The notes beneath the pieces were generated by a model that was given only the letters and a program-made list of their open reading frames with translations, was not told the origin of the DNA and did no database searches. A stretch of DNA of 64,000 nt, taken from positions 160,001 through 224,000 of the forward strand of contig JAWBYA010000002.1 of NCBI GenBank assembly GCA_038867615.1. The letters are read 5' to 3'. Positions 1 to 10,774 of the stretch are shown one piece after another. The stretch comes from Sulfolobales archaeon (lineage in GTDB: Archaea > Thermoproteota > Thermoprotei_A > Sulfolobales > AG1). The position numbers and the translations under genes are program-made. Within the stretch, counting starts at the first letter, position 1. Every line of letters begins with the position of its first letter.

Positions 1-1007
1 GCTTCCAATAGCTTCTTCATAATCAGTGGGACGCCTCCAACCTCATCTAGATCCATCATTGTGTATTCGCCTCCCGGCCTCATACTGGCTATAAGGGGAA
101 CCTTTCTCGAGATCCTTTCAAAATCGTCTAGCTCTAGCCTAACGCCAGCCTCGTGAGCTATTGCGAGTAGGTGGAGAACAGCGTTCGTTGAACCTCCCAT
201 AGCCATGAGGACTGCTATTGCGTTCTCGAAAGCCTCATATCTCAATATATCCCTTGGCTTTATCCCTAGCTCTAGTAGTCTCATTACAGCTACACCGCTC
301 TCCCTAGCATACCAGATCCTTTTAGCTGATGTTGCTACCGGCGACGCGCTTCCTGGAAGGCTTATTCCGAGAGCCTCTGAGATAGACGCCATAGTATTTG
401 CTGTAAATAGCCCTGCACATGTCCCGTAGGTTGGGTGCGCTGCTTTCTCAAGCTCTAGAAGCTGCTCCTCAGAGATCTTGCCTTTTAGATAGGCTCCAAC
501 AGCCTCGTGTATATCCTCAATAGTAACCTTTTTACCATTGTAAAAGCCGGGCTCTGCACTGCCTGCGTAGAGATATATGGAGGGCTTGTTAATCCTAGCC
601 ATAGCCATAATAGTCCCGGGCTCTGTCTTATCACACCCAGCTATGCCTACAAGCGCGTCGAACGCGTGGGCCATGAACTGGGCCTCGATCATATCTGCTA
701 TGAGGTCTCTGCTAACAAGGCTATACCTCATACCTTCGGTACCCATACCTATGTTATCGTTAACAACCATTGCCGGGAAGGCTAGAGGTGTCCCGCCACC
801 TCCTCTAACACCTTCTTTCACATAGGCAGAGAGAGTCATTGTATGTATATTACATGGCCCTGCCTCGCTCCACGCAACAGAGATCGCTACTAAGGGCTTC
901 CCTATCTCCAGATCTGTGAGACCGATAGATCTGAGGAAAGCCCTGTGGGGCGCGTTGAGAACACCGTGATACCTCTCTCTACTTGGGAGACTACTTCCAA
1001 TCCTCAC
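1..1007 (-). CDS. ilvD: Dihydroxy-acid dehydratase (5' part; runs off the window start)
   Basis: Manual translation: [83 protein letters not shown]. Absent from the ORF track because it has no stop in the window. Start uncertain (GTG 1007, TTG 1010 or GTG 1019). Confidence 0.95.
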   Translation of the reverse strand, partial: MRIGSSLPSRERYHGVLNAPHRAFLRSIGLTDLEIGKPLVAISVAWSEAGPCNIHTMTLSAYVKEGVRGGGGTPLAFPAMVVNDNIGMGTEGMRYSLVSRDLIADMIEAQFMAHAFDALVGIAGCDKTEPGTIMAMARINKPSIYLYAGSAEPGFYNGKKVTIEDIHEAVGAYLKGKISEEQLLELEKAAHPTYGTCAGLFTANTMASISEALGISLPGSASPVATSAKRIWYARESGVAVMRLLELGIKPRDILRYEAFENAIAVLMAMGGSTNAVLHLLAIAHEAGVRLELDDFERISRKVPLIASMRPGGEYTMMDLDEVGGVPLIMKKLLE

Positions 1008-1220
1008 CAATGGGGGCACCGACCTAAGTGGGTTTCAGACATATTTAAAGCTAAGTACTAAAACCATTCTTTCCAATAGCCTGTTTCTATAAATATATTT
1101 CGATCGGTTCTATGCTTGTTAATAGCAAGGAACAGCTGATCCCGGATCTATAGTGTGCGTGGCTATATGTGGTAGTGGTTATTAATACTCACACACAGAG
1201 ATATTATTTAGCGGATCCCC

Positions 1221-1595
1221 ATGAGCCTCAGTTTTGTTGGGAGAGTCGATTTTAAAGGAAGAATCACTATACCCCTCCCTATACGTGATCTTTTAGGGAT
1301 ATATGAGGGAGCAACGGTAATGATCTATGCAGATCTCGATGAGAGAAGCATAAAGATAAAGCCTGTGCAACCCATGGGTGTCCTGACAAAGATCTCTAGG
1401 GAGTGTGGAGAGAGATCATGCATAGGAGAGCTAATAGCACGCCTCGAGAAGCTCGAAGGCTTCAAAGATCTCGTGGAGATTAGGTGCACCAGGAATCTTA
1501 AAGGGTATAAATGCTATGCAATAGCACTCATAAGCCAACAGTATATAGAAAAGCTAAAGAGCGGTGAAGGTTACACAATAGAGATCCTCAAATAA
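1221..1595 (+). CDS. AbrB/MazE/SpoVT-family DNA-binding protein with C-terminal extension
   Basis: N-terminal VDFKGRITIPLPIRDLLGIYEG swapped-hairpin motif. Confidence 0.8.
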   Translation: MSLSFVGRVDFKGRITIPLPIRDLLGIYEGATVMIYADLDERSIKIKPVQPMGVLTKISRECGERSCIGELIARLEKLEGFKDLVEIRCTRNLKGYKCYAIALISQQYIEKLKSGEGYTIEILK

Positions 1596-2026
1596 ATCCT
1601 GCCTCTACAAAGCCGAGAGCCTAGCCACGCACGCCCTCACCAGAGAGTTAGTCTCAATCTATAGGGATCGACCAACTGATCCTAACCATAAGGTTATCCC
1701 GGCACACACGTAGATATCGAGACTATCACTTATCCCTAAATACCAATCCATATTCTTTGTCGCCATTCCATAGCAAGAAAAGATACAAAGCCTGCAGGAT
1801 CACAAGATATGGTTAAGCCGATGGTATATGACTTTTATCTGGCGTGGAGTAATCTCAGGAGACACAGAACGATGCATCGCAACTAGGTACTCATCTCACG
1901 AGTAATTCTATTATTAAAGATCCACAAGCGCTAAGATCTTTTCGGAGGAATTAATACGGGAAAAACCCTGTCATGGAATTAATCTTTATGTTATATACGG
2001 CGCAGCTCACTATATTTTGATGCGAT

Positions 2027-2647
2027 ATGAGCATGCCTACAGATCTTTCAACAATAGTATCGATAGCAGTATCGGTCTTCGCTATAATGGATCCTGTCGC
2101 TGCTATACCAACTATGATCACATATATCGAAGAGATGAGGGGCAGAGGCTCCAACGATATCGAGAGCTTTGTGAAGAGGGTGATTAACAGGACAACCATT
2201 GCCGTTTTTATAATGATCACGGTCTTCTCACTAGCTGGGGAATACATACTTAGAATCTTTGGTGTCAGCTTATTAGCTCTAAGAATAGCTGGGGGCGTGA
2301 TCCTAATGGCGATAGCGATCGAAATGCTCATGTCAAGTGATAAACCAGAGAGGGTTAGCAGTGGTGATTTTGCAATAGTCCCTATAGCTACGCCTCTGAT
2401 CGTTGGTCCCGGAACTATGAGTACCCTTATACTATACTCAAGGATCTACGGATCAATACTAACGCTATTAGGAGCATATGTAGCCCTCCTAGCAACGTAC
2501 CCCCTACTGAGATATTCTTACAAAATCATGAGATATATGGGAACCACAGCCCTTAGAGGGATCGGCAAGTTCATGGCTATTATAATAGCTGCTATAGCCG
2601 TTGAGCTCTTCGTAGCAGGGCTAAGGGATCTAGGGCTAGTTAGATAG
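2027..2647 (+). CDS. MarC-family membrane protein
   Basis: FAIMDPVAAIP, LRIAGGVIL and AIVPIATPLIVGPGT motifs; about 6 TM helices. Confidence 0.9.
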   Translation: MSMPTDLSTIVSIAVSVFAIMDPVAAIPTMITYIEEMRGRGSNDIESFVKRVINRTTIAVFIMITVFSLAGEYILRIFGVSLLALRIAGGVILMAIAIEMLMSSDKPERVSSGDFAIVPIATPLIVGPGTMSTLILYSRIYGSILTLLGAYVALLATYPLLRYSYKIMRYMGTTALRGIGKFMAIIIAAIAVELFVAGLRDLGLVR

Positions 2648-2671
2648 TGGAGTAGGTCGTGAGAATCGCTA

Positions 2672-2857
2672 CTAACTATCATGGCACTCTGTCTTCATTC
2701 TCATTATATTGAGACCGCCGCTGAGTGCTAGTAATCCAGATGCCAGGGACACTATTGATGCAAGCACCATGTTATTCGCTATAAAATATATCGATAGACT
2801 CATGAAGATTATCGACGATATAACCAGGATCAGTGCTGCTATATGCGTATGCTTCAA
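2672..2857 (-). CDS. Small two-TM hypothetical protein
   Basis: 61 aa with two hydrophobic helices; AGGTG upstream of the TTG. Confidence 0.55.
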   Translation of the reverse strand: MKHTHIAALILVISSIIFMSLSIYFIANNMVLASIVSLASGLLALSGGLNIMRMKTECHDS

Positions 2858-3179
2858 GACACCTATCCCTAATGCTACTTAACATTCTATTTTTTATTTT
2901 CATAGCAAGGGATCTAAACCTAGGGGCATTGTTTTTCATTACCAGGGTCTGGGGGTAAGCTTGTTTCCAAAAATATGCTAACAGGATCCGTTATAGATCT
3001 TTTACTACTTAATAGTATTAGTGGAAGCTGTTTTCTAAAGGGTTCTATACACAAGCAGCTCCCAAGAATATCGGAAGGAAACCGCTTGCTATGTTAGGCA
3101 AATTTATGCTCGGCGAGTCCGTGGGTTTGGTTATTTTCCGGCCTGATAATATATATTTCTCCCCATAACAAATTATGCT

Positions 3180-3794
3180 TTGGGAGATATTTTGGTTAGA
3201 GTTAAAAGAAACCTAGATGCTGTGGATATAGAGATACTCAAAATACTAACCCAGAACTGTAGGGAGAAGCTTGAGAGCATAGCCTCTAAGGTGGGGTTAA
3301 GTGCTCCAATGGTTAGGAAGAGGATCGAGACCATGGAGAGACTAGGGATCGTTAGGAAATGCTCGGCTAAAATAGATCTAGAGATGCTCGATGGCGTGGT
3401 AACCAAAGCCCTAATTATAAAGCATCGAGGTGTTGAGAGAATAGCAGACGATCTTTATAGGAATAAGGGTGTTGAGAGGATATATGTATCCAGAGCAGAT
3501 GATACGATCATAGCGATAGTCAGGGCTATCAATGAGCAGGAGGTGAGGAGTCTTGTTGAGACGTTACAGAAAGAGATCCCGGGTGTCGAGATCATAGATA
3601 TAGATCTAGTTATGGAGAAAGAGTGGGTTCCCGAGAAACCCGGGATCGGGATCATATATAGATGTAACTTCTGCGGAGGCGTAATAATAGGATCGCCCCA
3701 CGTTGTAACCATCAATGGGGTTATAAGAACATTCCACGGCAAGGAGTGTGCCGAGGCTTATATTCAGAAAAGACAGCTAAGACTAACAACGTGA
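3180..3794 (+). CDS. Lrp/AsnC-type HTH regulator with C-terminal TRASH metal-binding domain (CopT/CopR-like)
   Basis: LDAVDIEILKIL...IASKVGLSAPMVRKRI HTH; C-terminal YRCNFCGG...TFHGKECAEAY. Confidence 0.8.
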   Translation: MGDILVRVKRNLDAVDIEILKILTQNCREKLESIASKVGLSAPMVRKRIETMERLGIVRKCSAKIDLEMLDGVVTKALIIKHRGVERIADDLYRNKGVERIYVSRADDTIIAIVRAINEQEVRSLVETLQKEIPGVEIIDIDLVMEKEWVPEKPGIGIIYRCNFCGGVIIGSPHVVTINGVIRTFHGKECAEAYIQKRQLRLTT

Positions 3795-3815
3795 TTCAAT
3801 AATCCTAGTAACTCT

Positions 3816-4670
3816 CTAACTGCTTTGCCGAGAAGCTATTCTCCTCTTGATCCTCTTCATATATCTGAAGGTGGGTTCATAGACCGCTACGAAGAGGAGT
3901 AAGAGGATCACTGTAGTGAGGTCTGGGAAGAAGAATGCTATAATCACCCACGCTAGGGCGTATATCAGCTTCTTGTTTCTAAAGAGATCCGAGTCAGGAT
4001 CTATGATTCCTAACTCTGTGAGCATGAGAAACACGGCTGGAGCTACGAATATAGCCACCGTACCCATAATGGATGTCATGAGATCGCTTATAAAGCCCTG
4101 AAGAGTTATCCAAGGCTCTGCACCAGCAGCAGCTCCCCAGTATAGCCCCGCCCTTATCACAGTATATGCTGTTATGAAGAATCCTGCCAGCATTCCTCCC
4201 GCTATGTATATTGATGATATTGCTAGGTATTTCTTAACAACCCTCTTCTCATGATCATATAGTCCTGGCCATACGAATGCTACAATCTGGTATATTATAT
4301 AGGGTAGTGTGACTATTAAGGCTAGTATCAATGCTACCTGGAGAATCGCTGTAAAAACAGATCCTACAGAACCTATTATGAGTCTCGCCTCAGGAGGCAG
4401 TATATACTCCCTGCTATATCTTATGAAAAGTGTTGTGAGGCTCTCATAACTGCCTCCCGAGGTAAGGTTGGTTGAGAAGACAGAGCCCGGGTTCTTTATA
4501 ATATTAGCTACAAAACCAACCACGCTCTCCTCCGAGCTAAACATGCCGGCTAGGTTTATTGGTGCTATGAATATTGCCACAGCTATTCCGAGGACTATCA
4601 TAGCCCTAAACATCCTCGCCCTAAGCTCCTCCAAGTGCTCATGCAAAGGTGCTTCTCTATCCTCTGACAA
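3816..4670 (-). CDS. tatC: Twin-arginine translocase subunit TatC
   Basis: PLHEHLEELRAR and FVWPGLYDHEK motifs; multi-TM. Confidence 0.92.
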   Translation of the reverse strand: MSEDREAPLHEHLEELRARMFRAMIVLGIAVAIFIAPINLAGMFSSEESVVGFVANIIKNPGSVFSTNLTSGGSYESLTTLFIRYSREYILPPEARLIIGSVGSVFTAILQVALILALIVTLPYIIYQIVAFVWPGLYDHEKRVVKKYLAISSIYIAGGMLAGFFITAYTVIRAGLYWGAAAGAEPWITLQGFISDLMTSIMGTVAIFVAPAVFLMLTELGIIDPDSDLFRNKKLIYALAWVIIAFFFPDLTTVILLLLFVAVYEPTFRYMKRIKRRIASRQSS

Positions 4671-4748
4671 GAGAGGGTTGCTCCTCTAATATTAGCTCCC
4701 CCACAGGGCATTTATTTGTTACCAAACCCTACTATGCTTGGTGATGGC

Positions 4749-5165
4749 GTGAGCATTATAGACGACTACGGCTATCTGTTAGAGAGGGCCTATTCGAAAC
4801 TACAGGTTCGTAGAGAGGCTAAGCCCATAGATCTACCGGATCTCGATGTTGACTACGCAGCCAACAAAACCATTGTCAAGAACCTCCAGCAGATCTCCCA
4901 GAGGATAAATAGAAACCCAAGGATACTTGCTAGGTATTTCCTCAAGGGATCAGCACTTTCTGGGGCAATAAACCCCTCAGGAGCCCTAGAGATCTATGGT
5001 AAGGTGTCTAAAAAGAGCCTACAGGATCTCTATAGAAGGTTTATACAAACATATGTCAGATGCCCCACATGCGGCTCGATAGACACGGATATGATTAAGA
5101 AGGGTAAGATATGGATTATAAAGTGCCTGGCATGCGGCGCTGAATCCACAGTAGAGGCGATCTAG
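4749..5165 (+). CDS. eif2b: Translation initiation factor aIF-2 beta subunit
   Basis: YGYLLERAYSKL, YVRCPTCGSIDT...KCLACGA zinc finger; GTG start chosen from GGTGA at 4740. Confidence 0.9.
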   Translation: MSIIDDYGYLLERAYSKLQVRREAKPIDLPDLDVDYAANKTIVKNLQQISQRINRNPRILARYFLKGSALSGAINPSGALEIYGKVSKKSLQDLYRRFIQTYVRCPTCGSIDTDMIKKGKIWIIKCLACGAESTVEAI

Positions 5166-5480
5166 ATGACAGGACTCTTCAGAGTAAAGATCATGAATAT
5201 AGGTGAGGAAAGGATAGTGAGTGTATGTGATGAAGAACTTCTGGGAAAGGTTTTGGTCGATGAGAAGAGAAAAATAAAGATCAGGATCGATGAACCGTTC
5301 TATGGAGGAGATCTCATGGAACTCGACGAAGCCCTCGGAGTTATCAGCTCCTCAACACAGGCAAACCTGATCGGGAACAGGATAGTTGAGGCTGCTATCG
5401 AGAGAGGGCTGGTCATAAGGGAAGGTGTGATCGAGATCGCTGGCGTGAAACACACACAGATCATACTAGATAAAGTATAA
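5166..5480 (+). CDS. DUF424-family protein
   Basis: VSVCDEELLGK, FYGG, ANLIGNRIVEAAIERG. Confidence 0.85.
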   Translation: MTGLFRVKIMNIGEERIVSVCDEELLGKVLVDEKRKIKIRIDEPFYGGDLMELDEALGVISSSTQANLIGNRIVEAAIERGLVIREGVIEIAGVKHTQIILDKV

Positions 5481-5602
5481 CCATAGCGGGAACAGCATCC
5501 CAACCCCCAACAGATGTTGTTTTAAATAGAAATGATAACCTGCATAGAGGATCTCAATAGATCTTATGGCCGGTTTAGCATAAGATCCAGCCAGGATATC
5601 TG

Positions 5603-6742
5603 TTGATTATATACCCACACAACATACTAGATAACGGGATTTCCATAGAATCGAGAAGAACAGCCCTGGTTATACTCAATAAGGATAATGCTGAAGGGCT
5701 TAGAAAAGCCCTAGAGAGTCTTGAGACCCAGAGCTGCCCACCATGCAAGTGCTTCGATATATATATTGTTGATGGGGGGAGCTCTGATCATTCATTCCTA
5801 GTTGCTAACGAGATGGGTAGTAAGATTCCCTGTATATATTGGTTCGATCAGAGTGTGAAGGGGGGTACAGGACCAGCTAGGATCGAGATCCTTGAAGTAC
5901 TTAGAAAAAAAGGGTATGAATATATAATCTGGGGTGATTCCGAGAATATCTATTCGAGGGAGTATGTGGAGAGAATCCTGGCTATGCTGGATCGTGGATG
6001 TGATATAGCATCAGGAAGGTCTGTAGTTGCTAGGCAGAGCATATGGTCTGAGGCCTTTTATTGGTACCATGCATTTCACAACCTCTTCCCCAGAATCGTT
6101 GGCTCAAGACACGCCCCAGGAAACAACATGGGTGTAAAGATCAGCGTATATAACTTAGCCTCATACCCTCCCTCAAAGAGATCCGATGATTATATATTCA
6201 CATTCAGCCTCATAAAGAACGGTTCAGGGGGTGACGAGATAAATAGGGTGAAATACTGCATAGATGAAAACGCTGTAGTTCATGTAAGCATGGCGGAAAA
6301 CATACGCGGGATCATTTCATGGCAGAGATCAAGGGTCTCGGGGTTAGTCAAGGGATCCTTATATATAGGGCTCAAAATTCCTCCGGATCTCCTCAGCTGG
6401 AGCATACCTCTAGTAGTATTCCTAACACTATTAACGCTCTCAATAGTCCTTCTAAACCCAGTATTACTAACAATACCTATAATAGGTATCACATCCCTCT
6501 CAGTATTCCTACATATAAAGTCTAAGAGATATCTCGACAGGAGAACATATGCAACAGGGCTAATAGCGACTCTCGGCATGATCCTTCACGCTGTTTTCAC
6601 AACGGTCTATGTTTTGGAGGATCTCATCAAGATCTATATTAGCGGTGGTGTTGAGAAAACACTGACGATCATGAGAGAAGCTGAGATCAAGGCTAAAAGC
6701 AGTACGAAGGAAGGGCTACGCCTTCCGGTCAAGAGCACCTAA
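5603..6742 (+). CDS. Family 2 glycosyltransferase with C-terminal TM helices
   Basis: IVDGGSSD, WGDSE and SDDY motifs; hydrophobic C-terminus. Confidence 0.85.
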   Translation: MIIYPHNILDNGISIESRRTALVILNKDNAEGLRKALESLETQSCPPCKCFDIYIVDGGSSDHSFLVANEMGSKIPCIYWFDQSVKGGTGPARIEILEVLRKKGYEYIIWGDSENIYSREYVERILAMLDRGCDIASGRSVVARQSIWSEAFYWYHAFHNLFPRIVGSRHAPGNNMGVKISVYNLASYPPSKRSDDYIFTFSLIKNGSGGDEINRVKYCIDENAVVHVSMAENIRGIISWQRSRVSGLVKGSLYIGLKIPPDLLSWSIPLVVFLTLLTLSIVLLNPVLLTIPIIGITSLSVFLHIKSKRYLDRRTYATGLIATLGMILHAVFTTVYVLEDLIKIYISGGVEKTLTIMREAEIKAKSSTKEGLRLPVKST

Positions 6743-6939
6743 TGCTCTTAGCCCTTTGTAAGAGATCTCTCCAACCATATTATATTAGCAATCACTCTAA
6801 ATGACCCTGTTGATTATATACAAACACGCCCGTGATAAACCTTGATCCTAGATCTTATGAGTAGCATTTCACAAAAGCACCTAATTGTTTAGGTTCATAT
6901 CCTAAATTCTCTTTATGTAATAAGAGTAAGGGTGTCTTT

Positions 6940-7290
6940 ATGGGTGAAGCAGCACCCCACGGCGAGGGCCTTAGAAAGTATCAGAGAATAGTTATTGACA
7001 TGGATATATGCATCAGCTGTGGCGCCTGTGTAGCTGTATGCCCGGTACAGGCTTTAGAACTGGATCAGAATGCAAAGGCAAGGCTAATCTGGGATAAATG
7101 TGTAGACGACTTCAGCTGTGTGAAGGTATGTCCAGTTAACTGTATATGGCCTGCCCCAGAGGCTCCCGAAGCTTCAAAGGCTAAGAGTGGTTGGTATAGG
7201 TTTAATAGGGTGTTAGAGGATCTCGAGAAGAAGATCTTCGAGGAGTGGAAAGCCAAGTACGGTATTACGGGAGCACCTGCAGAAGTATAG
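6940..7290 (+). CDS. Dicluster ferredoxin
   Basis: CISCGACVAVCP and CVDDFSCVKVCP motifs. Confidence 0.9.
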   Translation: MGEAAPHGEGLRKYQRIVIDMDICISCGACVAVCPVQALELDQNAKARLIWDKCVDDFSCVKVCPVNCIWPAPEAPEASKAKSGWYRFNRVLEDLEKKIFEEWKAKYGITGAPAEV

Positions 7291-7299
7291 ATAAAGAAT

Positions 7300-7332
7300 C
7301 AAAAAAGTATTTTGATCTTTTTTATATTTTTT
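7300..7332. terminator. Bidirectional A/T-tract terminator region between convergent genes
   Basis: AAAAAA followed by several T-tracts between the ferredoxin stop and the small-protein stop. Confidence 0.45.
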
Positions 7333-7480
7333 ACTTAGCTCTTCCTGTTATAACGTATACTTTTGTTCCACAGCTAGGACATGTACCTACTATAGCCTTG
7401 GCCTTGTTCTTAAGCACTGTCTCTGTCGGGTTCTTCAGCTCAACCTTTTTCCTGCACTTTAGGCAGAACCCAGCCGCCAT
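7331..7480 (-). CDS. 49-aa basic zinc-ribbon protein (DUF5679-like), not in the ORF track
   Basis: MAAGFCLKCRKKVELKNPTETVLKNKAKAIVGTCPSCGTKVYVITGRAK; two CxxC motifs; GGTGA 5 nt upstream of the ATG. Confidence 0.8.
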   Translation of the reverse strand: MAAGFCLKCRKKVELKNPTETVLKNKAKAIVGTCPSCGTKVYVITGRAK

Positions 7481-7750
7481 GTTTTCACCAACATATTCTC
7501 TTGTAAGGTGAAATTTAAATATTTACCCCCCGGGATCTTTATAAATCGGTTTCAAAAGTGATGCGGAGAATAAACATCGAGGCATAAAAAAGTATTGCGA
7601 ATGTTGCCTTTTATTAGAAACATATTATTTGCACCTGGTTATTTTGTATATTTATTTTTAACGCCCCCCGCTCCTAGTAAGATCTGGTCGTGATCGTTGA
7701 TATGAGGTAATACAGGGCTCATGAATCGTTATAGAAGCGATAGGAAACCA

Positions 7751-8452
7751 TTACTCCTGGAGTATACCCATGTCTGTTAGGTATTTTCTCACTATCTTCT
7801 TAAGAGCCCTTCTAACTATATCTCTGAGCGATGTGGTTCGGATCCCCATAACTCTGGCCATCTCTGCTAAGGAGGTTTTTCTAGGTGTGTCGAAATACCC
7901 CTTTTTATAGGCGAATAGAAGAACCTCCAACTGCCTTGGGGTGAGCTCGCCGGGTTCCGCGTGTTCAGCCCTTCTGACCACAACTGGCTGTAAACCTGCA
8001 TCTGCGAGGGATCTTATTATGTCTTTCAGGGCTCCGAGGCCGGGGACTAGGAGTCTATAGCTTATCTCGGTACTTGAGACCGGAATGCCTTCTATAACTA
8101 CGCAATCCTCTCTGCTGAGTAGCGAGCATGCAGAGCAGCTCCTAGATCTAACCCAGAGTGTATTGTTGCCAAGTATCCTTACGATCTTCACACCCTTTCT
8201 TATTAGCATGGCTCTTAACTCTTCCGGATCTCCGTTATAGATCCTGATCATGTGGCTTGACATCGTCCTACCCGGGCTTGTTCTGAGCATCCTTATATTA
8301 CCCCCACTGGGATCGATTCCTGTTATTGTGTTAGTAACATCGCAATCCTTCCTAGTAACCCTTATCCATACATCCAAAAGCGATGATGACACTATCTGCA
8401 TTCCCGCGTACCTATTTATCTCGGAGATACATAAGTAAACACCTATGCTCAA
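7751..8452 (-). CDS. HTH-10 (bacterio-opsin activator-type) transcriptional regulator
   Basis: LTPRQLEVLLFAYKKGYFDTPRKTSLAEMA...LRDIVRRALKK. Confidence 0.88.
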   Translation of the reverse strand: MSIGVYLCISEINRYAGMQIVSSSLLDVWIRVTRKDCDVTNTITGIDPSGGNIRMLRTSPGRTMSSHMIRIYNGDPEELRAMLIRKGVKIVRILGNNTLWVRSRSCSACSLLSREDCVVIEGIPVSSTEISYRLLVPGLGALKDIIRSLADAGLQPVVVRRAEHAEPGELTPRQLEVLLFAYKKGYFDTPRKTSLAEMARVMGIRTTSLRDIVRRALKKIVRKYLTDMGILQE

Positions 8453-8506
8453 TTACTATTTATATAAAAGAGTTGTTATTTATCTTATTAGAGTAGGTGA
8501 GGGATC

Positions 8507-9730
8507 ATGCAGCAGGGAAGGAGCATTGTTGTAGAGGAGATAAACTACATACCTGTAGAGAAACTAACCGTAGAGCTTGTCGAAAGAAAAGGCGTTGGTC
8601 ACCCAGACTACATAGCTGACGCCGCGTCAGAAGCTTCGAGCATAGCCCTATCCCTCTTCTATAGAAAAGAATTCGGCTACATATTGCATCACAACTTAGA
8701 CAAGACCCTAGTAGTAGGTGGACAATCCAGCCCTAGGTTTGGGGGCGGAGAGGTGATCCAGCCGATATATATCCTTGTATCTGGGAGAACAACTACGACT
8801 GTTTTTAAAGATGGTAAGGTTATAAAGATCCCTGTAGGACCCCTGATCATAGGTGCTGTTAAGGAATGGATCAAAAATAACTTCAGATTCCTAGACCCCG
8901 AGAAACACGTTGTTGTAGACTATAAGGTTGGGCAGGGAAGTACCGATCTTTCTGGGCTATATGAGCTTGGTAAAGAGAAAACTCCTCTAGCCAACGATAC
9001 AAGCTTTGGAGTCGGTTTCGCACCACTATCAAATCTCGAGAGAACTGTTCTTGAGATTGAGAGGATGCTTAACTCGCGGGACTTCAAAGCCAAATACCCC
9101 GAGGTTGGCGAGGATGTCAAGGTTATGGGGCTAAGGATAGGGAGTAGTGTTAAAATAACTGTGGCTGCATCTATGATCTCCCACCTGATCGATGACATGG
9201 ATCACTACCTCTCGGTTAAGGAGGAGGTTAGAAACAGGATTGCAGACCTCGTAGCGAAAATAGCAGAGTTCAATGGGGTTGAGGTGTATCTCAACACAGC
9301 TGATAGGCCTGAGAAAGGGCTTGTCTACCTAACAGTGACAGGAACATCTGCCGAGCATGGTGATGATGGTATGACTGGGAGGGGTAATAGGGTTAATGGG
9401 CTTATAACCCCCATGAGGCCTATGAGCCTTGAGGCAACCGCGGGTAAAAACCCCGTCTCGCATGTGGGTAAGATCTATAATGCTCTTGCCACAATGATAG
9501 CGAATGATATATATAGAAAGGTTCCTGGAATAGTTGAGGTCTATGTAAGCCTCCTAAGCCAGATAGGAAGACCAATAGATCTACCGCTAATAGCGTCAGT
9601 AAAAATCGTGCCAGAGAAAAACCTGACAGCAAATATCAAGAGCGAGGTGGAGGAGATCGTCAACAATCATCTTGAGAATATAACGAAACTCAGGGATCAG
9701 TTCATCTCTGGGAGCATAATGATATTCTGA
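8507..9730 (+). CDS. mat: Archaeal S-adenosylmethionine synthetase
   Basis: [50 protein letters not shown]. Confidence 0.97.
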   Translation: MQQGRSIVVEEINYIPVEKLTVELVERKGVGHPDYIADAASEASSIALSLFYRKEFGYILHHNLDKTLVVGGQSSPRFGGGEVIQPIYILVSGRTTTTVFKDGKVIKIPVGPLIIGAVKEWIKNNFRFLDPEKHVVVDYKVGQGSTDLSGLYELGKEKTPLANDTSFGVGFAPLSNLERTVLEIERMLNSRDFKAKYPEVGEDVKVMGLRIGSSVKITVAASMISHLIDDMDHYLSVKEEVRNRIADLVAKIAEFNGVEVYLNTADRPEKGLVYLTVTGTSAEHGDDGMTGRGNRVNGLITPMRPMSLEATAGKNPVSHVGKIYNALATMIANDIYRKVPGIVEVYVSLLSQIGRPIDLPLIASVKIVPEKNLTANIKSEVEEIVNNHLENITKLRDQFISGSIMIF

Positions 9731-9763
9731 TCTACTAATAAAGCCTAGGGAGTAGAGGATCTT

Positions 9764-10453
9764 TTACTCTCCTCCGCTATCTATAACCATGCTTTTACCC
9801 AAATCGCTGGGGGCCTCGCTCTTTACGTCCCGAAAGGACTCGCTCGCACGCATAGATACCCTCGACCTAAGTTTTCTAGCAAGCATGAATATCTCCTCAA
9901 TACTCCTTATATAGGAGCCCCATTTCTCGGGATCCTCCTGGATCTTCCTATATATCCTCAGAAGCTTGGGTAGTTTTTTAAAGCTTATCTCGTAAAGCCT
10001 CTTATAATCTGAATCACTCCACCTCTTCTTCTCTGCAAGGTTTTTTAGGCTTCTAGCAATGTCTTCTAATCTCAAGGACTCGATCTGGAGCCTTATAACC
10101 ACAGCCTCCGGATCCTCGTCGCCCCCACTCCTAAGCCTCTCTACATACTCCTCAAGCGCCTCTCTATTAGATATAGTATACCATCTCTGGCTGCTTGTGT
10201 GGAGGGTTGTTTTGATCAAGCTATATTCCTTCTCAAGAATCCTTAGGAGGGGCGACGGGTTATAGCTATAACCCATTATGCCGAGTTCTTCTACAATAGA
10301 TCTATAGTCAAAATCTCCTGGAAGCGGTGGTGTAGAGGTTCTGGAAAGTCTCTGGGCAGCCCTAACAATAGCCTCAAGAACAGCCTTGCCCCTCTCACCA
10401 TACCTATATACGAAATCAGAGATCATGGCCTCTATATTATCCCCTTTAAGCAT
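9764..10453 (-). CDS. Hypothetical protein (possible N-terminal wHTH)
   Basis: 229-aa ORF with genome-typical codon usage and a TATA-rich segment about 40 nt upstream. Confidence 0.65.
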   Translation of the reverse strand: MLKGDNIEAMISDFVYRYGERGKAVLEAIVRAAQRLSRTSTPPLPGDFDYRSIVEELGIMGYSYNPSPLLRILEKEYSLIKTTLHTSSQRWYTISNREALEEYVERLRSGGDEDPEAVVIRLQIESLRLEDIARSLKNLAEKKRWSDSDYKRLYEISFKKLPKLLRIYRKIQEDPEKWGSYIRSIEEIFMLARKLRSRVSMRASESFRDVKSEAPSDLGKSMVIDSGGE

Positions 10454-10500
10454 AAATCCAAGCCCTATCGATCTTTCCCCAACAAAGAATAATATATATA

Positions 10501-10635
10501 GGGTGCGGAGAAAAGAGGGGTAACCTCTGTCAAAAAGGTATTACCATTCACACCGACCTGACATAGGATCCTGCTATGTCGGGTTAGTCCTCACCATCGA
10601 GTTTCCCTAAACCGATAGCTAGAATCGTCGCATCC
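10501..10635 (+). ncRNA. Candidate structured non-coding RNA
   Basis: 8-bp terminal stem enclosing three hairpins, one of 12 bp; G-U pairs favour the + strand; no credible ORF. Confidence 0.3.
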
Positions 10636-10774
10636 CCCTCAAGAATTGATAATTATCCAAACAGGATCCTCTTTTTACACTGGCGCACCATAAACAATGA
10701 TCAATACTAGATAGGTGGTTCCAAAATATCATTGACCGAAACACAATACCAGCCTTATCTCTATTATCCCCCAC

